DNA of 64,000 bases from a virus, in the IMG/VR virus record IMGVR_UViG_3300027749_000065, positions 34,811 through 98,810 of that record; one strand, written 5' to 3'. Positions 49,216 to 59,743 of the stretch are shown here, piece by piece. Within the stretch, counting starts at the first letter, position 1. Every line of letters begins with the position of its first letter. The position numbers and the translations under genes were made by a program. A model generated the notes under the pieces. The model had not been told where the DNA came from, did not search any database, and saw only the letters and a program-made list of their open reading frames with translations.

Positions 49216-52200
49216 TGGCAACAACAGTAAAACATAAAGTTCCAAGTCAGGCGGCAAGTGGTGCGGATACATTTAGTGATAATCTTGTCGGTTTTCAAAT
49301 TACGGATGGTTCTAGTTTAATGACCGGAACTAACTTTGCAATTGATAAAGTTATTCCCGAAAAAGACTCCAAAAATTTTAAAACATCGCCATTTTCAGAT
49401 TTTCTAACCTTAGATAAACTGAAACAGGAAAATGATGCCCCCACCACATCATCAAAACAAGAAAAAGATAATTTAGTTAAATTCAAAGATTCTAAAAATG
49501 ATGCATCAAGATCTTTATTTGGTTCTTTAAAAAGTAGATTATTAGTATCGATAAGTAGAATTATTAATAAATTTCCTGCTGCATTATATGTCGATGCAAA
49601 TAACCAATTAAGTAGTGAAGTTAATACAGCATTTAATATTTTATATGATGCTCACAATAACATAACAACATTTAGTGTTCGTAAATCAAAATTATATAAT
49701 CCATTTGATTTAACATTGTCAAAACCTAAAAGTTTTCACTTACCAACTTCAGATAATGTTTATAGAGATATTTTTTCATCATATACAAAATATGTTGTTG
49801 ATTATAATGGACAAACATACAATATTTTAAATTATATTGAACCAAACGCACAAAATATTATCACAATAAAGATAAATGGTAATTTATTTGGTGGAAATAC
49901 AGAATTTACTGATTCATTTTTAATAAGACCTAATGATGGTGTTACTGAGGAATTTTACAATAATTTAGATGATTTGGAAGAAGTCCTTATGAATAGAGAA
50001 TCTTCTCCAAAATATAAAATCACTTTAAAAATACCAGTAGACAGTAATGATGGATCAAGAACAGTAATTAGTGACGCGATTTTTTATTGGCCTGTTAATT
50101 ATGATAATTGGAATATTAAAATTGTTGGAATTGAATTTGATACCTTAATTAGAGATTTAAGTGATAACGCAGATTTAATTGATGATTATAAATCAAACTT
50201 AATGGTTAGATTTTTAGCGTCACCACAATTGTTTGAATTTGACACACCTGAACAAAAAATACAATCCGTATTTCAATTATATGGACAAAGTTTTGATAGA
50301 GTAAAAAGATACATAGATAATATCGCTTTTATGCGTAATATCACCTATGATGGTATTCAAAATTTACCAGATATTTTATTAAAAAATTTATCAAATAATT
50401 TAGGTTTAGATACTATTAGTTTATTTGATGAAAGTACAATAGACCAAACATTATACACAAGAAGCGTCAATCAATATTCAGGAGCAACACAGGGAAAAAC
50501 ATTTATAGAATCGGAATATGAATTTTATAGAAGAATGTTAGTTAATCTAGCACACATCTATAAATCAAAGGGTACAAAATCCTCAATTAATTTCTTCTTA
50601 AAATTTTTAGGTGCTCCCGAACAATTAATAAAAATTGATGAATATGTTTATGAGGTTACAAATACCCCTAAATTAAAAGATATACAAAATCAAATTTATG
50701 ATGTTTTACAAGGTGATAAACAAATAATTAATTTAAATTTTGACCCATCAGGTTTTACATATACAACAACAATTTTAACTGCAACAACAACATTTACAAG
50801 GTCAGATTATCCTGTTGATGAAACAACTGGTCTTGCAAGAAGAGCAAATAATTCAAAAAGTGATGTGTTTTTTCAAAAAGGTTCAGGTTGGTACGATATT
50901 AGTTTAAATCATAGAACACCAGATATTTTAGATACCGAAAATTCTATTTTAACGGGTAGAACAAAAACAATTAAAACTAAACCAAAACCATATACATATG
51001 GTGAAGAATATTTTAATACGTTTAGAACCTTACCGGGTTTAGATAGCGGGTTTGAACTTACTTCAAGAATAGATAATATTAAAGGGTCAATAGACGATTC
51101 TAAATCATCATATATTCTTAACAGAAAAAACATTAGTATTTATTTAGACTCTGCGAATGGTGTTAATTTTGACATATATAGAAAATCAAGAGATTTATTA
51201 TTAACATTTGGGTCAAAAATATCAGAAACACTAACAGGTGTGACATTTCGTCCAAATACGTTACATCCACAAACAGGTGTGACGTTTGCTGAATTTGTGG
51301 GTCGTTTGTTAACCGAACAAATACCAAATTCTAATGTGGTTAGGTATAAAAAGAATTATATAACACTAGAAGACGCTTATCAAAGTTATATTACAAGTAC
51401 TGATTTTACACCATATAATATCATAGATGTACATGAATTCATAAATAAAATGAGTCCATATTGGACATCGATTATTGAACAAATAATCCCATCTACAACA
51501 TTATGGACTGGAGGTAATTTAATTCAAAATAGTGTATTTGGTCGTTCTAAATATGGTTATAAATTAGGTTGTCAACCAAAAACAATAATTGAAAATCTTT
51601 ATCCTAATTTTAATACAATATTAATTGATGATTTATCAAATTTAATCGGTTACGAAGAAAATTTCAGAGGGTTAATAGATATTAGTAGTGTAAAATTATA
51701 CCCTGTAATTGAAATAGATGGGGTACCATATTCAAGTACAACGTATAGTGTTAATGTTTCAGGAACTGGTAGTACTTTAGTAAATGCTAAATTATATGAC
51801 TCAATTACAGATGTATATGGTTGTACAATATTAACGGGAGGAACATACAATATTAATAATAAATTACCATTAATATATGGATATGATAATTATTTTAACC
51901 CTGATATTGAAAAAATAAAAACATTATGGTTAGATGCGTTAACAGGACTTATTGATAATGTTATCAATACTAGATATACAGGTTATACCGCTGGATATGA
52001 AGTTTATGACCCATATTTAAATGCCACAGGTCAAACTGTAACAATAACAAATGACCCATTATTAAATTATTCGTTTTTTACTGATGTTGATGGTGTTGAA
52101 AAAATTAAATTTTCTTCATTGAAATATGGACCTAATAGTTGTAGTATAATGAAATCATTTAGTTTTACAATTAAAACTGAGTATGATCCATTCGTTCCGA

Positions 52201-53588
52201 CTTGTTTATTAGAAATCATACCTGAAGTAGTTGACCCACAATATAATGGGGGAACATTTACGAGAGATATTAATATGCATACAGTTAATAGTGTTGGTTC
52301 ATTAATAGATACCTTTCCATACGGTTTATACTTATATTCTGGTAATAGTCCGACATTATATAATGACACATTTTTTGATAATAGTGTATTTGTTGATCAA
52401 TGTACTCAAAAAATAACTGGATTTACATCAACAAGTAGTATTGATTTTTTATATTTAGATGATGCAAATTGTCAAGTCAGATTAAAATTTACACAAAAAT
52501 CAGTATCCTCGTCAAATAATGTTAGTATTACTTTTAAATCGGAAGACAATAGTGTACCAAATCCTGAATTATGTATTATAGATAGTAAAACCGCAACAAC
52601 GATATCATCATATAGTGCGGTTACATTAGATGTGGTATATGAAAAACCAAGTAATTTTGGGTTTAAATGGAATTCAGTTGTAAGAACATATACAGGAAAC
52701 ACATTTGTTGAAACACCGGTTTATCAATTAAAAACAGGTAATACTATTTTAATTGCTGATTATATACCAAACTCACAAATTAATAGTCAAAGTATTGAAG
52801 ACATAAATTCTAAAACTAATCCAACCAACCTTACTGGTGTTGCGTTTACAACAAGATATGTTGTAATAACTGGTATTACCACATTGGCTTCAATAAAAAC
52901 ATATACAGTAAATACGTATTTACCACCATATGAAGATATATATTATAATTTTAACGTATTACCTACAACAAAATTCAGGGTATATACAAGATATAAAATT
53001 GTAAATCATGAACCAATTTTAACCGATAGTTATTTTTTTGATTCAAGATATCCAGAAGATTTACAATTATCATCACCACAAATAAAACCATGTTGTAATT
53101 ACCCAAATAATTATTATGTTAAGGGTGATCGTATCATTTCGGATAATGGTGAATTACTTGAAATTAAATCTGTAAGTTTAGATAATGGTTCACCAAATAT
53201 GTATTATGACATCACATATAGTGGACAAAATTCAAATTTATGTTTATTTTTGGGATCTGATTCACGTAAACATGCGTTAGTTGAAAACACATATTGTAGT
53301 GGAGAACCTATTTTAGTTATTGGGGAGGTTATAGATCAGGTATGTGTCTTTAATGAAAATGATGAACTAATAATAGTAAGTTACGGTTCAATTAGTATAA
53401 CTGTTAGTAATGGTTCTGGTACATATTTCTATTCTTGGTATGATGATTATGGGAATTTTATAAGTAATAATCAAAATATCGATGGATTAGAATATGGTAT
53501 CTATATAGTTTATGTAACTGATTTATGTAATGCAACATCAGGACCAGTAACATTTACCGTAAGTCCTGGAGATAATTGTGCTGCATAA
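49215..53588 (+). CDS. Baseplate wedge protein (gp7/P2 gpI-like) with C-terminal SprB-like repeat
   Basis: IYKSKGTKSSINFFLKFLG motif; C-terminal GSISITVSNGSGTYFYSW...GLEYGIYIVYVTD. Confidence 0.6.
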   Translation: MATTVKHKVPSQAASGADTFSDNLVGFQITDGSSLMTGTNFAIDKVIPEKDSKNFKTSPFSDFLTLDKLKQENDAPTTSSKQEKDNLVKFKDSKNDASRSLFGSLKSRLLVSISRIINKFPAALYVDANNQLSSEVNTAFNILYDAHNNITTFSVRKSKLYNPFDLTLSKPKSFHLPTSDNVYRDIFSSYTKYVVDYNGQTYNILNYIEPNAQNIITIKINGNLFGGNTEFTDSFLIRPNDGVTEEFYNNLDDLEEVLMNRESSPKYKITLKIPVDSNDGSRTVISDAIFYWPVNYDNWNIKIVGIEFDTLIRDLSDNADLIDDYKSNLMVRFLASPQLFEFDTPEQKIQSVFQLYGQSFDRVKRYIDNIAFMRNITYDGIQNLPDILLKNLSNNLGLDTISLFDESTIDQTLYTRSVNQYSGATQGKTFIESEYEFYRRMLVNLAHIYKSKGTKSSINFFLKFLGAPEQLIKIDEYVYEVTNTPKLKDIQNQIYDVLQGDKQIINLNFDPSGFTYTTTILTATTTFTRSDYPVDETTGLARRANNSKSDVFFQKGSGWYDISLNHRTPDILDTENSILTGRTKTIKTKPKPYTYGEEYFNTFRTLPGLDSGFELTSRIDNIKGSIDDSKSSYILNRKNISIYLDSANGVNFDIYRKSRDLLLTFGSKISETLTGVTFRPNTLHPQTGVTFAEFVGRLLTEQIPNSNVVRYKKNYITLEDAYQSYITSTDFTPYNIIDVHEFINKMSPYWTSIIEQIIPSTTLWTGGNLIQNSVFGRSKYGYKLGCQPKTIIENLYPNFNTILIDDLSNLIGYEENFRGLIDISSVKLYPVIEIDGVPYSSTTYSVNVSGTGSTLVNAKLYDSITDVYGCTILTGGTYNINNKLPLIYGYDNYFNPDIEKIKTLWLDALTGLIDNVINTRYTGYTAGYEVYDPYLNATGQTVTITNDPLLNYSFFTDVDGVEKIKFSSLKYGPNSCSIMKSFSFTIKTEYDPFVPTCLLEIIPEVVDPQYNGGTFTRDINMHTVNSVGSLIDTFPYGLYLYSGNSPTLYNDTFFDNSVFVDQCTQKITGFTSTSSIDFLYLDDANCQVRLKFTQKSVSSSNNVSITFKSEDNSVPNPELCIIDSKTATTISSYSAVTLDVVYEKPSNFGFKWNSVVRTYTGNTFVETPVYQLKTGNTILIADYIPNSQINSQSIEDINSKTNPTNLTGVAFTTRYVVITGITTLASIKTYTVNTYLPPYEDIYYNFNVLPTTKFRVYTRYKIVNHEPILTDSYFFDSRYPEDLQLSSPQIKPCCNYPNNYYVKGDRIISDNGELLEIKSVSLDNGSPNMYYDITYSGQNSNLCLFLGSDSRKHALVENTYCSGEPILVIGEVIDQVCVFNENDELIIVSYGSISITVSNGSGTYFYSWYDDYGNFISNNQNIDGLEYGIYIVYVTDLCNATSGPVTFTVSPGDNCAA

Positions 53589-53601
53589 TAAAAATTAAAA
53601 T

Positions 53602-53874
53602 ATGAGTAAAATAATAAAAATGAATTTCAGTAATCCATGTAGTGGTAGTACTATATTTACATCAAGTAATTCTGGTGTAACATACAGTCCATATCAAACT
53701 AATTTTACTGGTACAAGTATAACCATTAGTGGTAGTTCCATTAATAGTTTTACAGGAGTGACTTTTTATGTAAAAATTTCTGGTGGAACATGTGATACCG
53801 TTATACAACCAATAAATGTGTATGTTCCACCATGTTCATCCCCAACAGGAGTAACATCAACATGGTCAACTTAA
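53602..53874 (+). CDS. Small Ser/Thr-rich virion accessory protein
   Basis: 90 aa, beta-rich. Confidence 0.5.
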   Translation: MSKIIKMNFSNPCSGSTIFTSSNSGVTYSPYQTNFTGTSITISGSSINSFTGVTFYVKISGGTCDTVIQPINVYVPPCSSPTGVTSTWST

Positions 53875-53890
53875 ATAAAAATAATAAATA

Positions 53891-54448
53891 ATGGCATCAA
53901 ATTTAACAATTAATTGGTCAGGAACTACAACAGGAAATACGGTTACTAATTATACTTTAGTATATTTTACTGGTAATACTACACCTATAATAATTAGTGG
54001 TATTCCATCTGGTACAACATCATATACAATAACAGGGTTAGATGTATATAGTTCATATAGTGGTTATGTGTTTAGTAATTGTTATAATTGTTATACTAGT
54101 ACCACATTGAATTGGAGTGTACCTTCATTAGGTTGTAGACAAACTATTGTAAATTTCACTGGTCAAACTGGTATGACGGTAAGTTTAGGTATACAATCAG
54201 GATGGTCTATTTTAGAAGTTAGTGGAACAACTATAACACCATCAAATTCAGGGTGTACAAGATTTGACATTTATTATCCATCATATAACCCATCAAATCC
54301 TTCATTAAACAAAATTACAAATATTGGAAATGGTGGACATCCATTTAATAATAATGGAATTTATTATGTATATTTTTATTATACATATAATGGTTCAAAT
54401 ACAAATATTTTTATTAAATATAACCCATCACCAGATGGATGTTCATAA
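53891..54448 (+). CDS. FN3-like virion accessory protein
   Basis: LTINWS...NYTLVY...TSYTITGL..YSSY pattern. Confidence 0.55.
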   Translation: MASNLTINWSGTTTGNTVTNYTLVYFTGNTTPIIISGIPSGTTSYTITGLDVYSSYSGYVFSNCYNCYTSTTLNWSVPSLGCRQTIVNFTGQTGMTVSLGIQSGWSILEVSGTTITPSNSGCTRFDIYYPSYNPSNPSLNKITNIGNGGHPFNNNGIYYVYFYYTYNGSNTNIFIKYNPSPDGCS

Positions 54449-54460
54449 AATTAAAACAAC

Positions 54461-56155
54461 ATGGCAACAGGATTAACAATATCAATAACAGGTTTAACAG
54501 TAACATGTCCAACAGGTATAACATTCAATTATATACCTTATTCTGGTGTTTGTGAAACTGTACAAAACTTTGAAATACGAAAAACAATTTCAAATTTATG
54601 GGGACCACAAAGTTTATGGTTTGATAATAGGACAACGGATTCATATGGTGCATACCCAAATGGTAGAGTTTGGGTTGCAGATAATAGTAATTATGCAGGT
54701 GGTAATATATATTGGTTTGATCCGGTAACGGCAACAACATCATCCCATATGCATTATATATCAGGAGGAACAGGACAACCAATATTAAGAACAGATACGT
54801 TTTATCAGACATATATTGACACTTTATATAAAAGAATTTATTTTACCGGATATAACAATGCGGGGACGGATAGTGTGTATGGTTTGGTTATTTATGATAT
54901 GACAACAAATACAATAACACATTTTCATGATAATGGTAGTTTTACAACTGGTGTTTCTAGAAGACAACTTTTATATGTAACTAATGATAACATATATGTT
55001 AATACCAATAATGGTATTCTTTATTACCCCAGAAATAATAACATCCCAACCACAAGTGGGTTTACTAGTTTTGATTGTGTAACTAATACGTTCGCACAAA
55101 AACATTTTTGTAATTCTAATAGTACGGGTGAAATTTATGGCGCATTTAATTTTACACAAGTTAGTTCATCGACAATCAATTCACCAATGATATGGGTAAC
55201 CGCTTGTCCGTCAAACGGAGGTAATATTGGTATAATGAGTACGGATTTAAATAATACATTTACAGATATTTCTTTACCGGGACAAGCTACATGGGCAAGT
55301 TCAAAATATTGGCAATTTTCTTTTTACGATCAACAATATAATAAATTTTATGTTTCGGACGCTGGTAGTAATAAATATTATATTATTACCCCAAGTTCAG
55401 ATAATAAATCAGGAACGGTACAAACATTCAATATTAATAAACTATATTTAAAAGGACATGACCATGTATTGATTGGATGGACAATAGATCCACAATCAGG
55501 TAAATTATATGGTAATTATTATTTATATAATGGTACAAATACCACATCAGTTCAAACTGTGGTTTATGAATTAAATAGAAGTAATGGTACTATTAAAAAA
55601 GAATTATCGTTAACTAATGGTGTTGGAAATTTACAATCTGTTAATGATGGTAATCAATATAGCTTGATGGGGTCAGAACCAAGTCGTACTTCGGGAAATG
55701 GTTCGATAACTATTTTAAATAACACCACTAACACCGGATACACAGGGTTGTGGTACGTAAAAACAATGGAGTCAGTTGATCCCACACACAATAATATAAA
55801 AACAGGTTTTTATGTATCAACCGCTTATACAATTACAGATTATAGTCGTTGTCATATAACCACTGGAACAACTTGTCCTACATATAGCGCCGCATATGAT
55901 AGTGGTACTGTTTATTATGATTTTAATATAACACAAGATATAATTAATACTACAGGTTATACGGGTATTAATTATTATTTATATGGTAATGGAACATCTA
56001 TTACATCTGGAACAGTTCCTATGAGTTATTATTCTGGAGGAACACCTAACGTTATTTATTATTATTCAAATAACGTTACAACAACAAATCAGGGACCATA
56101 TAATATGGACTTTACATATACAACTTCAACAGGAACTATAAATTGTACCACTTAA
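54461..56155 (+). CDS. Putative beta-propeller receptor-binding/fibre accessory protein
   Basis: Repeated motifs such as GRVWVAD, KRIYFTG, KFYVSD and GKLYG. Confidence 0.5.
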   Translation: MATGLTISITGLTVTCPTGITFNYIPYSGVCETVQNFEIRKTISNLWGPQSLWFDNRTTDSYGAYPNGRVWVADNSNYAGGNIYWFDPVTATTSSHMHYISGGTGQPILRTDTFYQTYIDTLYKRIYFTGYNNAGTDSVYGLVIYDMTTNTITHFHDNGSFTTGVSRRQLLYVTNDNIYVNTNNGILYYPRNNNIPTTSGFTSFDCVTNTFAQKHFCNSNSTGEIYGAFNFTQVSSSTINSPMIWVTACPSNGGNIGIMSTDLNNTFTDISLPGQATWASSKYWQFSFYDQQYNKFYVSDAGSNKYYIITPSSDNKSGTVQTFNINKLYLKGHDHVLIGWTIDPQSGKLYGNYYLYNGTNTTSVQTVVYELNRSNGTIKKELSLTNGVGNLQSVNDGNQYSLMGSEPSRTSGNGSITILNNTTNTGYTGLWYVKTMESVDPTHNNIKTGFYVSTAYTITDYSRCHITTGTTCPTYSAAYDSGTVYYDFNITQDIINTTGYTGINYYLYGNGTSITSGTVPMSYYSGGTPNVIYYYSNNVTTTNQGPYNMDFTYTTSTGTINCTT

Positions 56156-56191
56156 AATTAACAATAAAATTAATTAATATATTTATAAAAT

Positions 56192-58372
56192 ATGAGTTTT
56201 TTAAATAACAATAATGCAGAATTTTTATCGGCAAGAATTACCCAAAAAGGGAGAAAAGCAATCGCAAATGGTAATTTTACTATAAATTATTTTCAAATCG
56301 GAGATTCTGAATATGATTACACAACACCATTTGATAATTTAAATGGTTTAAATAGTACCCCACATCAAAAAGTGTTTTCACCATTTGATAAAGAATCTGG
56401 TGTTAAATATCCATATACATTCGATTCAACAACTTATGGTACAACCTATGGTGTTCCGATTAATAATCAAATAACTGAAACAATTAGAAATGTTATGGGT
56501 CCTGCTGGATATATTTCCGATTATAAAGAATTTGATAATGTTTCTACTAACGGAACAACAATATATTGTCCTGTACGAGAAATTAGTAATATTAATTTTA
56601 GTGGAGCAACTAACATTATCCGTGCGAATAATGATTTAAGATTTAATAATTGTAAATATATTACATTGGTTATTGGTAACACTTTTGTTGGATCAGACCC
56701 AACAAGAAGACTTGTTTCGGGTAATTCAACAAGTTATGTTTATAAAGTTATTCGTACTTATGAAAGTAATTTATTTCTTGATAGAAATTTACCTATTTTA
56801 ACTAATTTACCAAATGACATAAAAATTCAAGTTATATGTAATAGTTGTGAAGTTGAATATCCTTTATCATCAACATCAGGTAAGACATCACCAGTTTGTT
56901 TACCAGAACCAATACCTAATGGTGGTCAATTAAATCCTTGGACAATGAACATTGTTTATGATGATAAAACAATCGGAATGGATACCGGCGGGTTAGCTCA
57001 AAGTTTATCGGGTTACACTAGTAATGTTTATGTTTCAACAAAAAGTTTATTAGGTTATAAAACATCAACAGGACAAACATTTACAGATTTTGCGGGTAAT
57101 GTACTATCTAAACCAACATCATATGTTAACACTTTAGGAGAAATAATAAATGTTCCATCTGAAGAACAAAGAATGATAGCAATTATACATTATTCTGAAT
57201 TGGGGGATATTGTTAATGACCCTGAAAGATTTTATAAATATGATGATTATATTAGTACAGAAACATCCACTAATAATACTATTGCAACAGACACATACGG
57301 AAATGACATATCTGATGTTGAATATCTTGAAGTTTACATTCCTTTTATTTATTATCATAGAAACACGAGTAATACTATAGGTGTTAAATTATCAATAAAC
57401 ATGGATGATTCTAATATATATTATATTAAATCAAATGTTAATGATAAACACCATTTAGAATTTATGTATTTACATGACGAAGCTGGAAATCGTGTTGGTA
57501 AAGTATTTCATAATAATAAAACAATTGTTATAGATGACCAAGAATTGGTAACAATATTAGATTATAAATCAAATAGAAGATTCACATTACCTGCACCAAA
57601 ATTAAGTCTTGTCCCAAATAATGACCTTCCTGAAAATTCACTTTTAGATGGAACAACTGGTAAAACTGTTTGGGTAACATATAATTTTTTAAATTATAGT
57701 GATGATGGTAATAATACATATAATAACGTACCTTGTAGTTACTATTCTAAAATTGAAAGCACCACAACCCCATCAAATATTTTAGTTAAATTCAGTTCAG
57801 ATGAATTTACAAATATGGTTACTGCTTATACTCAAACAACTTCTGGGTATGCTGTAACCGATTTCCAAATATTAGTTCAAATAACATATACAGGACAATT
57901 ACCAACAAATGATAACTGGACAATTTTTAATATGTATGATCAATTGGGTGGTACTGAGGCATTTACACCTTTAGATCCAAATAGTGGATATAATTATTTA
58001 ATCCCAAGTTATATTAATGGTAAAACATTTACAATTAAAAAATCTGATGAAGGTGGAATATACGATATATTATCATATAGAGTAGATAATAATGATATAA
58101 GTAATATATTAAATCAAGGGGATGAACAACCTTTTCCTGGTAGTGTTAGATTTGTTAGAGCAACTGATATAGAATCAATGAGATTTATGGTAAACTTACC
58201 ATCATCACAATTCACAACAACTCAAAACCCAACATATAGAAATGGTAAAACTAAAAAAATTACTGAAATTGCGTTGTTAGATAATAACAAAGAAGTTATG
58301 GTTATAGGAAAGACAGCAACACCAGTAACAAGAAGTGGTACTCAAGTATTTGGTATTAAATTAGATTTTTAA
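56192..58372 (+). CDS. Baseplate/tail fibre attachment protein
   Basis: N-terminal ITQKGRKAIA...YFQIGD and C-terminal ITEIALLD...IGKT..PV motifs. Confidence 0.55.
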   Translation: MSFLNNNNAEFLSARITQKGRKAIANGNFTINYFQIGDSEYDYTTPFDNLNGLNSTPHQKVFSPFDKESGVKYPYTFDSTTYGTTYGVPINNQITETIRNVMGPAGYISDYKEFDNVSTNGTTIYCPVREISNINFSGATNIIRANNDLRFNNCKYITLVIGNTFVGSDPTRRLVSGNSTSYVYKVIRTYESNLFLDRNLPILTNLPNDIKIQVICNSCEVEYPLSSTSGKTSPVCLPEPIPNGGQLNPWTMNIVYDDKTIGMDTGGLAQSLSGYTSNVYVSTKSLLGYKTSTGQTFTDFAGNVLSKPTSYVNTLGEIINVPSEEQRMIAIIHYSELGDIVNDPERFYKYDDYISTETSTNNTIATDTYGNDISDVEYLEVYIPFIYYHRNTSNTIGVKLSINMDDSNIYYIKSNVNDKHHLEFMYLHDEAGNRVGKVFHNNKTIVIDDQELVTILDYKSNRRFTLPAPKLSLVPNNDLPENSLLDGTTGKTVWVTYNFLNYSDDGNNTYNNVPCSYYSKIESTTTPSNILVKFSSDEFTNMVTAYTQTTSGYAVTDFQILVQITYTGQLPTNDNWTIFNMYDQLGGTEAFTPLDPNSGYNYLIPSYINGKTFTIKKSDEGGIYDILSYRVDNNDISNILNQGDEQPFPGSVRFVRATDIESMRFMVNLPSSQFTTTQNPTYRNGKTKKITEIALLDNNKEVMVIGKTATPVTRSGTQVFGIKLDF

Positions 58373-58465
58373 CTTTACAAATATTAAATTATTATTTATT
58401 TTAAAATAATATCACCTCAAATAAACTTAAATATAAGTGGGAATATTGTTAAAAATTATATAAAA

Positions 58466-59149
58466 ATGGAAAAAAATATTGAAGAAAAAATCAAATTATT
58501 TAAAAATAAACCAAAAATACTAGGTTTAGATATCAGCACAAAAGTTATTGGTTCAGCCTTATTTGATATAACCGGTTCTGATTTATTGGAGTTAACACAT
58601 TTTTCACCAAAAATTAAACCGCAACCCGTTGATAAAATTGAAGAGATGATTAAAAAGGCAGATGAATTTAAAAAACATTTAATCAATTATAAAAATTTGG
58701 GAATTGTTAAAATTGTTATTGAAGAACCCTTATTAAATTCAAATAATATTTTTACCGTAGGTACATTGTTAAGATATAATACTTTAATTTTAAAAGCATG
58801 TTACGATGAATTAGGAGTACTTCCAACATTTATTTCAACATATAATTCAAGAAAATATGCGTTTCCGGGTTTAGTTGGCCCAAATGCAAAAGGACGTAAT
58901 GTTTTATTCGGTGGTTATCCAAAAGACATTGATAAAAAACAAGTTGTTTGGGATAATGTTAATATTTTATTTCCAGAGATAAAATGGTTATATGATAAAA
59001 AGGGTAAACTAAAAAAAGAAAATTTTGACATGAGTGATGCCGTAACCGTGGTGATAGGTGCAATTAATATGATTAAATTAGAAGGTAATAAACCACCAGT
59101 TAATAATTTTAAAAAGAAAAGTAAAAAAATAGATGAGGACACCATTTAA
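58466..59149 (+). CDS. RuvC-like Holliday junction resolvase
   Basis: ILGLDIST, IVIEEP, and DMSDA catalytic pattern. Confidence 0.8.
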   Translation: MEKNIEEKIKLFKNKPKILGLDISTKVIGSALFDITGSDLLELTHFSPKIKPQPVDKIEEMIKKADEFKKHLINYKNLGIVKIVIEEPLLNSNNIFTVGTLLRYNTLILKACYDELGVLPTFISTYNSRKYAFPGLVGPNAKGRNVLFGGYPKDIDKKQVVWDNVNILFPEIKWLYDKKGKLKKENFDMSDAVTVVIGAINMIKLEGNKPPVNNFKKKSKKIDEDTI

Positions 59150-59654
59150 ATTATATAGGGAAGAAGAAAAAACATTGGCACCTGTTTTTAATATTGGAGC
59201 TAATTTTAGACCCCCTGGTGTTCATTTTGTTGAAAGAGATATTAATTATGTTCCTAATAGTTTTGAACCTTTAAGACAGAATAGGTTTTTAATTACTTTT
59301 CCACCTGAATTAAACATACCTAGTTATTTAGTTAAAGATGTTACGACACCGTCAATTAAAGTCTCAAATTCAGTACATTCTTGTTGTGAAGATATTATAG
59401 TGACCTTTTATGATTCGGTAGATTATTTAACACAAAAAAGACTATACGATATTATTACAAACCCTAAGTCCAATAATTCACATAATAATAAATTTACAAT
59501 TGAAATGATAGACTCCATCGGTGATGTTGTATATAAATGGAATGTATATGGTTTTATAAGTGGAGTAGAAAACACATTACTTGATTATCATATTGAGTCT
59601 TCCATTGTATTAAAATTAACTATTGTTGTTAATTATTTTGAATTAATAAATTAA
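59133..59654 (+). CDS. Divergent tail tube-like paralogue
   Basis: FEPLRQNRFLITFP aligns with tube YEPLRVNRFILRFP; IEMIDSIGDVVYKW aligns with LEMLDPTGVVVQKW; shared LDY. Confidence 0.7.
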   Translation: MRTPFKLYREEEKTLAPVFNIGANFRPPGVHFVERDINYVPNSFEPLRQNRFLITFPPELNIPSYLVKDVTTPSIKVSNSVHSCCEDIIVTFYDSVDYLTQKRLYDIITNPKSNNSHNNKFTIEMIDSIGDVVYKWNVYGFISGVENTLLDYHIESSIVLKLTIVVNYFELIN

Positions 59655-59678
59655 TTCTTTGTGCAAGTTTAGTTGAAC

Positions 59679-59715
59679 GGTAGAAGTGATAATACGTTTC
59701 TACCCATTTTTTTTT
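59679..59715 (+). terminator. Intrinsic terminator
   Basis: GGTAGAAGTG-ataata-CGTTTCTACC followed by a T9 run. Confidence 0.65.
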
Positions 59716-59743
59716 CTCATATTTTTTGTCTATATTTGTTCTT

